Positions 40,892-48,882 of a DNA stretch of 64,000 bases are shown here, piece by piece. Each line of letters opens with the position of its first letter. Positions within the stretch are counted from its first letter, which is position 1. The notes below the pieces were generated by a model, which saw only the letters and a program-made list of their open reading frames with translations, was not told where the DNA came from and did not search any database. This stretch comes from an uncultured Clostridia bacterium (lineage in GTDB: Bacteria > Bacillota > Clostridia > Christensenellales > UBA3700). The DNA is taken from positions 111,522-175,521 of the forward strand of contig CAMQSU010000001.1 of the NCBI GenBank assembly GCA_947037025.1. Direction: 5' to 3'. The translations under genes and the position numbers were made by a program.

Positions 40892-41907
40892 CGTAATACC
40901 TCCTTTTCGCTGATTGTATTATCATTTGGAGTTGCTGATGAATTGTCAGAATAAGCAATACTTAAATTTTCTCCTGATGCATTATTCTTAATGTTACTAG
41001 TAATGGATACGCTATTAGTAGGTGAATTCAATTTGTCATCAAAGTGTTTTTTATTGTAATAGTCTACTACCGCATTTTCTAGGTCATGTGGGGTAGTTAT
41101 ATTGCCTTCAAGCTCGATTCCTTTGCTACGCAGTGACCTTGCAACTCTCACCGCAAGTGGCACTTCAAGACCCATTGCAACTAGCTCTTTTTCGTGCTTA
41201 AATAATTCCGTCATAGGAATGTCAAACGCGATTTTTGCCTTGTTGAATACGATTAGTCTTGTCGCAAACCGTGTAATTTCGTCAATGTCATGTGATATTA
41301 CTATGACAGTTGGAGAAATTTCCGCTTTTAGTCGGGTGATTAATGTTAATATATGCTCCTTGCCTTCCGGGTCAAGTCCCGCTGTCGGCTCGTCAAGTAT
41401 TAGGATTTTTGGTCGCATTGCAATTACTCCCGCAATAGCTACACGGCGTTTTTGTCCGCCTGATAAGTCGAACGGTGATCTGTCCTTAAAGTCGTTATAA
41501 TCAAGACCAACTAGCTCCATTGACTCACGTACTCGCTGCTTAATTTCATCCGCAGGTAGCTTTAAGTTTTTAGGGCCAAAGCCGATATCTTTTTCGATAG
41601 TGTCATCAAATAGCTGATGCTCAGGGTACTGAAATACCATGCCGACTTCTGTCCGTAACCTTTTTAGGTCAGGCTTTGGTCGCTTTTGTGTAAGATCAAT
41701 ATCCATTACTTTAACGCTGCCAGTTTGCGCCTTAATTAGTGCGTTTATGTGCAGTATAAGTGTTGATTTTCCGCTGCCAGTATGTCCTAATATGCCTATA
41801 AAGTCGCCTTCATTTATTGATAGGCTCACATCATCTAGAGCTAGCTTTTCGTAAGGAGTTTTTTTGCTGTAAGTATATGATAAATTTTTTATTTCAATAC
41901 CTTGCAT
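40888..41907 (-). CDS. ecfA2: ECF transporter ATPase component 2, with a ~55-aa low-complexity Ser/Asn C-terminal tail
   Basis: It has Walker A (GHTGSGKST), the signature (LSGGQKRRVAIAG) and Walker B (ILDEPTAGLD). Confidence 0.9.
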   Translation of the reverse strand: MQGIEIKNLSYTYSKKTPYEKLALDDVSLSINEGDFIGILGHTGSGKSTLILHINALIKAQTGSVKVMDIDLTQKRPKPDLKRLRTEVGMVFQYPEHQLFDDTIEKDIGFGPKNLKLPADEIKQRVRESMELVGLDYNDFKDRSPFDLSGGQKRRVAIAGVIAMRPKILILDEPTAGLDPEGKEHILTLITRLKAEISPTVIVISHDIDEITRFATRLIVFNKAKIAFDIPMTELFKHEKELVAMGLEVPLAVRVARSLRSKGIELEGNITTPHDLENAVVDYYNKKHFDDKLNSPTNSVSITSNIKNNASGENLSIAYSDNSSATPNDNTISEKEVLR

Positions 41908-42728
41908 AATGCCTCCTCTAGCTGCGATTCGCTTAAAATATTCTCGCTAATATCCAATCCCGATTTGCTAAGATTATATGCAATACTTGTCGGCAGGGGC
42001 AGTGATAAATGCAGGCTTTCTAGCATGTCTTTTTGCGCGAAAACTCGCTCGGGAGTGCCGTCTGTAACAATCCTGCCGCGGCTCATAACTATTACCCTAT
42101 CAGCATTAATCGCTTCGTCCATGTAATGAGTGATTAGTATCACTGTTATATTTTCGTTTTTGTTTAGCTCGTGCGCTACCGCTAGCACCTCGCGTCTGCC
42201 TTCAGGGTCGAGCATTGCTGTCGACTCATCAAACACGATAATGCTTGGTTTTACCGCTAATATTCCCGCAATAGCAAGGCGCTGCTTTTGTCCGCCTGAC
42301 ATTTTGAAGGGTGTGCTTTTTCTGTGCTCTAGCATATTGACTTTTGTAAGCGCCCACTCAACACGTCTGATTATTTCCTCTCTCTCTATTCCTAAATTCT
42401 CCGGTCCAAAGGCAATGTCATCTTCTACAATGCTTGCTATCATTTGGTTGTCAGGGTTTTGGAATACCATGCCGATATTTTTGCGGATTTCAAATATTTT
42501 TGCCTTATCTCTAGTGCTGACTCCGTATATCTGCACATCGCCAAGTCGAGGAATTAATAGTCCGTTTAGTAATTTAGCAAGCGTGCTTTTGCCGCTGCCG
42601 TTATGTCCGACAAGCGCAATAAATTCGCCAGCATTCACGCTTAGCGAAACATTATCAACAGCACGTACTATGCCGTTATTATGCGATTTGTATTCAAGTG
42701 TTACACTTTCTAGCTTTATCGCTTCCAT
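41889..42728 (-). CDS. ecfA1: ECF transporter ATPase component 1
   Basis: It has Walker A (GHNGSGKST), the signature (MSGGQKQRLAIAG) and Walker B (VFDESTAMLD). It is the first gene of the ecfA1-ecfA2-ecfT-truA-rplM-rpsI array. Confidence 0.9.
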   Translation of the reverse strand: MEAIKLESVTLEYKSHNNGIVRAVDNVSLSVNAGEFIALVGHNGSGKSTLAKLLNGLLIPRLGDVQIYGVSTRDKAKIFEIRKNIGMVFQNPDNQMIASIVEDDIAFGPENLGIEREEIIRRVEWALTKVNMLEHRKSTPFKMSGGQKQRLAIAGILAVKPSIIVFDESTAMLDPEGRREVLAVAHELNKNENITVILITHYMDEAINADRVIVMSRGRIVTDGTPERVFAQKDMLESLHLSLPLPTSIAYNLSKSGLDISENILSESQLEEALCKVLK

Positions 42729-43360
42729 GTGTCCTCCGTAGGGTGTGATTGCATTTGCAGCTTCGCATGCGTAAATATTTTGCTATTTAACTATTGCAAA
42801 GCATAAATATCTTTGTTAGTTTATTTTAGCACATTTATTTGCGGTTGTAAATTCATTTGCATAATTTTTATTATTTTGGGCATAAATATAATGCGTGCAT
42901 GTAATTAGTGTATACTGCATTGCACCTTTGTATAGTTTGGTTTTGTCAAATTTATTCTGTTTGATGTATTTGCGTATGTTTATGTATAATGTGTTGATAT
43001 TTTTAGTCGATTTAGCTAAAAAAATGCAACCTTAGTGAATTGTTTTGATAACCGTGATTATTGGGTGGCTTTTCAGGTTGAATTTTCTGCATGTGTGGTA
43101 TCTTTAATAGTTTTTGCATATATTACAATGCAGGATGAAAATATGTTTCGCAATCTGAATAGAGCTATTATATGTTTGTCAATTCGCTTGCGTATTTTAT
43201 TCAATTATGCTAAAATATATCTATAATATACCTTTTGCACTTCACCTTTTAGCGGGGCGATTTGTATTTGAGGTCACGCATTGGTGGATGTGTGTTAATT
43301 TGTCACTTGAGTTTGCACTCTATATTCCGTAAGGTTTAATCCGAATGCCATAAAATTTAT

Positions 43361-43707
43361 GGGGTTGTTCTGGATTCGACAGGCGGTCGGGAGATGTTGT
43401 AAGCATGCCGTAGGCTCGGCTACGTTAAAACGGAAACAAAACTTAAACGCTAAAAATAATAATTACGCTTTAGCTGCCTAGGCAGAGAGCTGTCGTGCTA
43501 GTAGTCCTGTCGGACTAGATTTCGGCATCATTTAGACGGGAAGGTCACTTTGCATTTGGTGCGCGGCATAGTGATAAATTAGCACCTTACCAAAGTATAG
43601 CCCGCCAACAGGCGATACTAAGGGAAATTCAAATTGTTGCGCTAAGCATGTAGAAAGTAATGTCAAACACTGTTTGGACACGGGTTCAATTCCCGTCAGC
43701 TCCACCA
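43361..43707 (+). ncRNA. ssrA: transfer-messenger RNA (tmRNA)
   Basis: The 5' end is GGGGTTGTTCTGGATTCGACAGG. The 3' T-arm and acceptor read GGACACGGGTTCAATTCCCGTCAGCTCCACCA. The tag reading frame is GCT AAA AAT AAT AAT TAC GCT TTA GCT GCC TAG, giving (A)KNNNYALAA. Confidence 0.9.
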
Positions 43708-43714
43708 CAACATA

Positions 43715-43757
43715 ACGCACATAAGTCTTTTAATTAAGTCTTATGTGCGTTTTTTTT
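43715..43757 (+). terminator. rho-independent terminator after ssrA
   Basis: ACGCACATAAG (43715-43725) pairs with CTTATGTGCGT (43740-43750), followed by a T8 run. Confidence 0.8.
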
Positions 43758-43836
43758 ATTTGTGTGTTGCAAATTTGTGATCAGTGTGGTATAATATATA
43801 TGAAAAATAATCCACTACAAAAGAGGAGTTTGTAAA

Positions 43837-44418
43837 ATGAAAAATGAAAAAAAAGCAAATTTAAATAAAGTAGAAAATACAGGAAATTCCAAGAGTAAAA
43901 TTAGTAAAGCCATGATCGGAAAAATAGTATTTATTGTTAGTGTTGTCTGCGCGCTAATAAGTGGTATAATTCTTATTGTAATGCTTAATTTGGGTAAAGA
44001 TGATTATAACCTAGGTATTAGAATTGCTTGTGTAGCGGTATTTGTGGTAGGGCTTTTAGCTGCAACTTTCTCATTTGAATTTAGACCACGATTAAGACTA
44101 AAGGCTAAATCGACTCCTAAAAATATAAATGGTAAAACTGCGCAATCTAAAATAAGAATTTCAAATCAAGCGTTTAATCAATTGTTAGTAGCGGGAAAGG
44201 ACTATACAGTGGCTGGGGAAGTCAATGGTATGGTGTTAGTTAAAAAGGAAATAAAATGGATGTATTTTACTGAAGGTAAAACTGGAATACAGTCTGCATT
44301 CACTATCACAACAGATATAGATACTTTCGCATTCCAAGTTAACGGAGATAGCATTTTACTTGTTCCAACAGATTTAATTCTATCAATTTACGGTGATGGA
44401 GATGATGAAGAAGATTAA
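43837..44418 (+). CDS. hypothetical membrane protein (2 TM plus soluble C-terminal domain, acidic tail)
   Basis: 193-aa ORF with an AGAGGAG RBS and two clear TM helices. No recognised motif. It is the first gene after ssrA. Confidence 0.5.
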   Translation: MKNEKKANLNKVENTGNSKSKISKAMIGKIVFIVSVVCALISGIILIVMLNLGKDDYNLGIRIACVAVFVVGLLAATFSFEFRPRLRLKAKSTPKNINGKTAQSKIRISNQAFNQLLVAGKDYTVAGEVNGMVLVKKEIKWMYFTEGKTGIQSAFTITTDIDTFAFQVNGDSILLVPTDLILSIYGDGDDEED

Positions 44419-44440
44419 GGCAATGATTGAGATGATTTAA

Positions 44441-44524
44441 GACTTTATGTTGTTTCGCACTAAATGATTTGTTAAATAAGACTTTAGGTAGTGCAACAAC
44501 TAGGGTGAATTTAAGACTTTAGGT
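44441..44524 (+). repeat. cluster A of GACTTTA(G/T)GT direct repeats (3 copies)
   Basis: Copies lie at 44441, 44480 and 44515. The ~100-bp block aligns by eye, at roughly 80% identity, with 48190-48290. Confidence 0.8.
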
Positions 44525-44740
44525 TTGTATTAGGTATTAGCATTTGAACAAGTTTCTTGACAAAGCGATATCTAATACTTTTTTTTGCCAATTCTAAGCT
44601 TAAACGGCATAATTCAAGCCTTATTGTGATAGTTAATTGCAATTGGGCTTGTTTTTTTATTTTGCAAACAATCAAGAAATGTCTACGAAATACATCATTT
44701 AACCACTTTTGAACCCTTGTGTCCATTTGGATATAATTTT

Positions 44741-45856
44741 TCAAAATGCATTAGGGGTATTATATAGAATCGTAGTGTGTGGGCGTTCATTATTGTAGAA
44801 ATACATATATGCGCTTATTCTTTGCTCAAATTTATTTACGGAACGATAATCCACTCTATAAATTTCTTCTTTTTTTAAATTAGAGAAAAATGCCTCCATA
44901 ACAGCATTGTTTTGCGGGCTAGCAGTAGGCGAGAAAGAGTGAGTCACATTTAAGTTCGTAAGCAGTTTTTGAAATGCATATGCTGTGTATTGTGATCCGC
45001 GGTCACTATGAAAAATTAACCCGTCATTTGGGGTTCGATCGCAATACGCTTTTTTAAATGTAGATGTGGTTAGATTGGTGCTATTCTTTTTAGACACTTT
45101 GTGAGCAATTAGTTTTCTTGAATACAAATCTAATATGGCGCAAATATAAAGGGTAGTCCCGTGTACTCTAAATTGTGTAATGTCTGATACCCAAACTTGA
45201 TTAGGTTCATTTGCCGTAAATTTAAGTCGTATATGGTCGGTTTTTCTTTTATGCAGTTTTGTATAGGTTTTTTTCGTTTCGTTTCTAATACTTTTAATGT
45301 TCATATCGTACATCAGTTCTGCCACCATTCGTTCGCTAACTACTATATCTTGATTATTAAGCACTGCTTTAATTTTCTTGCTCCCATAAATACGATTACT
45401 ATCTTCATATATCGACTTGATTTTTTCGCTTAGCATAAGTCGTCTAGTGAAATAAGATTTTTCAGTTTTTTTATTTCTAAGTAAATGATTATAAAATGTG
45501 CCTCGATCAACTTCCATAGCCTCACATAATATGTGAACGCTATACTGACCATGCAGTTTAGAGAGTTCTTGTAATCTTTCTTGCAAGTTAGATTTAACGG
45601 TGCAATTGACAGTTTTTAAGATGCATATAATGTCATCTTTTCTATTGCATAGTTTTTGCAATTTGATATAATTTTTATTACTTACTAATGAGTTTTCTTC
45701 GTCCTTGGGAGTAGTGTAGTCATTAATTATGCTGTATATAGAACTTCGAGCCATATTGTATTTTAACTTAAGTGTTAATACCGGCTCACCTTGTAAATAT
45801 GCGTTAACTATTTCTTTCTTAATCGTGTCTGTTAGTTTTATCATAATAACCTCCAA
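44741..45856 (-). mobile_element. IS3-family transposase gene (single fused ORF; element ends not identified)
   Basis: It has an N-terminal HTH, an HTH_21-like region and an rve DDE core (VWVSDIT ... HSDRGSQY ... NAVMEAFF), plus the NNERPH tail. Confidence 0.85.
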
Positions 45857-46210
45857 TTTTAATCAAATTATATCATATAATGTGATCTTAGCATTGATAT
45901 AGTGTTGGTTATGATCGCGTTGAGTTATTATAGATAAAATAATATGAAAAATTTTAATTATGGTGTTGTAATGCGGCTGCAAAATATTAGAGGGTAATGG
46001 TTGAATTTATTGTTTAATAAATAACTGTCTAAGTAATGTAATAGCTATTGAATAGCAGGGTTGACAAATCCATCAAAATAGAATATAATAATACAAAAAT
46101 GTAGTTGCTGTAATAATAAAATACTAGTAACTACAAAACAAACATGCAAAACAAGAAATATATAACGATTTAGCCTTATATTAAATATGGCTATACATAT
46201 GGAGGAAATT

Positions 46211-48175
46211 ATGAGATTGTCAAAAGTATTGAAATCAGTATTTATTGGATTAGTGCTAGTAATGTTGTGCTGCGTAGGATTAGTTGCTTGTGCGCCAAAC
46301 ACCCCCCCAGTATACCCAGACCCAGTAGCAACTCGTATTATTACATTTAATGATAATGGCGGAGAAGGAACTATGCCCGCCCAAAAGGTGGAGTCTGGTG
46401 TACTTAGTGCCTTTAGTGAGAACACATATACAAAGGAGGGACATATCTTTGAGGGTTGGGCTATCTCAGCTTATGGAAAGGCTGAATATGAAGACGGCGG
46501 CAGCTATAAGATAGATATGGATGTTACTTTATATGCTGTATGGACACTAACTATGTATAATATCACATTCAACGCTAATGGTGGATCAGGAACTATGCCC
46601 GAAAGAAATGCGGGGTATGATGTGCCAACTTTCCTGGGATGGAACGCTTTTACAATGGAGGGATATTTATTTACAGGTTGGGCTCTTACTGCTACTGGCG
46701 AAGTTGTAGTTGAAGATGCCGAACGTTATCGCACAAAGAAAGATGTGATGTTATATGCAATTTGGACACAATCTATGTATGATATTACATTCGACCCTAG
46801 TCACGGAGAAGGAGCTATGCCCGATCAAAATGTGGGCTCTGGTGTCCCTAATACATTGAGTGCGAACACGTTTGTAAAGGAAGGATATGACTTTGCTGGT
46901 TGGGCTCTCACATGGTATGGCGATGTTGCACATGCAGATGGTGCAAAGTATAGTACAACAGGAGATGTGACTTTATATGCAGTTTGGGAAGTTGCTATAC
47001 TTGACATCAAATTTGATTTTAATGACGGAGAAGGAACTATGGCTACGCAAGAGGTGGAATATGGCAAATATATTACATTGAGTGATAACACATTTGAAAA
47101 GGGAGGATATGTCTTTACAGGTTGGTCTCTCACAGATGATGGCAAAGTTATTTATGAAGATGGCGCACGCTGTAGCACAACAAAAGATGTGACTTTATAT
47201 GCAGTTTGGGAAGTTACGGCAGAGCAAGGGCAGTTGAAGTATTCTTATGGCGTAAATGGAGCAACTGTAACAGGTTTAGTTGATGCTCATGCTGACGCTA
47301 CATCAGTTGATATTCCTGCTGAGGTGACTTTTGAAGGAAAAGTATATAACGTGACAACTATCGGATATAAGGCATTCTATAATTGCGATTTACTTAAAAG
47401 TATAATAATACCAAATGGTGTGACAAGTATCGAAAATTATGCATTTTTTCAGTGCACCAGCCTTACTAGTATAAAAATACCTAATACAGTTGAACGCATT
47501 GGAGCGAGTGTATTTACTAGCTGCATCAACCTTATTAGCATAACAATTACAGATAGTGTGACTAGCATTGGGGATTATGCATTTTCTTATTGTGAAAGCC
47601 TTACAAGTATAACAATACCAAACAAATTGACAACTATCAGCAGTAAAACATTTATAATGTGTGAAAGCCTTGAAAGTATAACAATACCAAACAGTGTGAC
47701 AAGTATTGGGTCTGAGGCATTTAGGGGTTGCACAGGACTTACCGAAATAACAATACCTGATAGCGTGACAAGTATTGGTAGCAATGTATTTAGTGGTTGT
47801 ATTAAATTAGAGAGTATAAATGTTGATAGCGGCAATCCTATATATTCAAGTGTAGATGGAGTTTTATTTAGTAAAGATCAAACTGTACTAATAAAATATC
47901 CTGTAGGGAATGTTGCGGCTAGTTATACTATACTAAGTAGTGTTAAACGTATCGACTGGTACGCATTTTCTTACTGCACAAATCTCACTAGTGTAACAAT
48001 ACCAAATAATGTGACAAGTATAGCTGGTTTTGCATTTCAGGATTGCACTAATTTAGCTAATATATATATGATTAGAGAGAGTAGTGAAGGTATGACATTA
48101 GGCAATTATTGGAATGATATTAATGGAGAAGAAGCAGGTGGATTGATTGAGACAACATGGAGCTATAAAGTATAA
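46211..48175 (+). CDS. surface lipoprotein with 5 Listeria/Bacteroides-type (Flg_new) repeats and BspA-type leucine-rich repeats
   Basis: It has a lipobox signal (VGLVAC|AP). There are 5 repeats of ~70 aa of the form (I/F)TFN.NGGEGTMP...EG..F.GW....G...Y.DG..Y.....VTLYAVW. These are followed by ~10 repeats of ~23 aa of the form IP..VTSIG..AF..C..LTSIT. The start is at MRLSKV, after GGAGGA. Confidence 0.8.
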   Translation: MRLSKVLKSVFIGLVLVMLCCVGLVACAPNTPPVYPDPVATRIITFNDNGGEGTMPAQKVESGVLSAFSENTYTKEGHIFEGWAISAYGKAEYEDGGSYKIDMDVTLYAVWTLTMYNITFNANGGSGTMPERNAGYDVPTFLGWNAFTMEGYLFTGWALTATGEVVVEDAERYRTKKDVMLYAIWTQSMYDITFDPSHGEGAMPDQNVGSGVPNTLSANTFVKEGYDFAGWALTWYGDVAHADGAKYSTTGDVTLYAVWEVAILDIKFDFNDGEGTMATQEVEYGKYITLSDNTFEKGGYVFTGWSLTDDGKVIYEDGARCSTTKDVTLYAVWEVTAEQGQLKYSYGVNGATVTGLVDAHADATSVDIPAEVTFEGKVYNVTTIGYKAFYNCDLLKSIIIPNGVTSIENYAFFQCTSLTSIKIPNTVERIGASVFTSCINLISITITDSVTSIGDYAFSYCESLTSITIPNKLTTISSKTFIMCESLESITIPNSVTSIGSEAFRGCTGLTEITIPDSVTSIGSNVFSGCIKLESINVDSGNPIYSSVDGVLFSKDQTVLIKYPVGNVAASYTILSSVKRIDWYAFSYCTNLTSVTIPNNVTSIAGFAFQDCTNLANIYMIRESSEGMTLGNYWNDINGEEAGGLIETTWSYKV

Positions 48176-48197
48176 ATCAAGGCGTAACAATATATCA

Positions 48198-48281
48198 GAC
48201 TTTAGGTAGCCACGCACTAAGTGATTTGCTCTATAAGACTTTAGGTTGTGGGGCAACTAGGGTGCATTTAAGACTTTAGGT
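48198..48281 (+). repeat. cluster B of GACTTTAGGT direct repeats (3 copies)
   Basis: Copies lie at 48198, 48237 and 48272. The internal spacing (39 and 35 nt) is identical to cluster A. Confidence 0.8.
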
Positions 48282-48287
48282 TGTTTC

Positions 48288-48350
48288 GCTCCACAACAGT
48301 ACACACTTAAGTCTTTTAGATAAGTCTTAAGTGTGTACTTTTATTTTGCT
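48288..48350 (+). repeat. diverged second copy of the ssrA 3' end plus terminator (att-like)
   Basis: GCTCCACAACAGTACACACTTAAGTCTTTTAGATAAGTCTTAAGTGTGTACTTTTA aligns with 43698-43757, GCTCCACCACAACATAACGCACATAAGTCTTTTAATTAAGTCTTATGTGCGTTTTTTT. The hairpin is preserved by compensatory changes. Confidence 0.7.
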
Positions 48351-48488
48351 CAAAATAGCCTATAATGCCGCTTTTCAACCCCTTTTTCGCAATATTTTGG
48401 TGGTTTTGTACTAATATGCTAATACTGCTAGATTTATTGCCGCCAAACTTTCACTCCAAATGGGTTGGAATTTTCAAAATTACCCACC

Positions 48489-48591
48489 GACTTTATGTTG
48501 TTTCGTAGTGGGTGGATTGATAGGGGGTTGAAATGCAAAAAGACTTTAGGTTGTTTCACTCTTAACTCATATTTTAAAAAAGACTTTAGGT
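48489..48591 (+). repeat. cluster C of GACTTTA(G/T)GT direct repeats (3 copies)
   Basis: Copies lie at 48489, 48542 and 48582. Two are preceded by (G)GGG(G/A)GTTGAAAT. Confidence 0.75.
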
Positions 48592-48882
48592 TGTCCAACA
48601 ACCTTGAATTGACAGGGAGTTGAAATTCACTAATTTACTTGATTTAGGCAAATAACATGTTATTTCACTAATATTTCAATACATATGTAAGTCATTCATA
48701 AAAAGTACAGCAAATAAACTTTGCAATATATCTTAATAGTGCTTTTTATGTAAATATATGCTATAATTAGATAATAACATAGGTTTTGATAATTTATTAA
48801 ATAGTTTATATCTTAAGGTTTTACTATCTAATGTGATATTTGATATAACTTAATGATATATCTAAAATTTGGGAGGATAAAT

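Noticed and set aside
5313-42741. Many long antisense or alternative-frame ORFs inside well-supported genes
   Set aside because: Examples are 5313-5693, 9807-10169, 11751-12137, 22229-22723, 24964-25590, 28333-29013, 31104-31676, 35243-35761, 40317-40865 and 42130-42741. Each is fully embedded in a CDS with clear family motifs on the other strand or frame. They are shadow ORFs with Ser/Ile/Leu-rich translations.
43532-43720. 62-aa ORF on the minus strand
   Set aside because: It is antisense to the tmRNA gene, so it is an artefact of a GC-richer structured RNA.
44511-44744. 77-aa ORF directly downstream of the IS3 transposase
   Set aside because: It has no RBS, an odd composition, and overlaps the repeat cluster. 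It is most likely the non-coding 3' end of the IS or flanking DNA. I could not find matching terminal inverted repeats, so the IS boundaries are left undefined.
44441-48591. CRISPR array formed by the GACTTTAGGT repeats
   Set aside because: The conserved repeat core is only about 10-20 nt. The spacing is irregular (35-53 nt) and there are only three units per cluster. There are no cas genes. This is not CRISPR-like.
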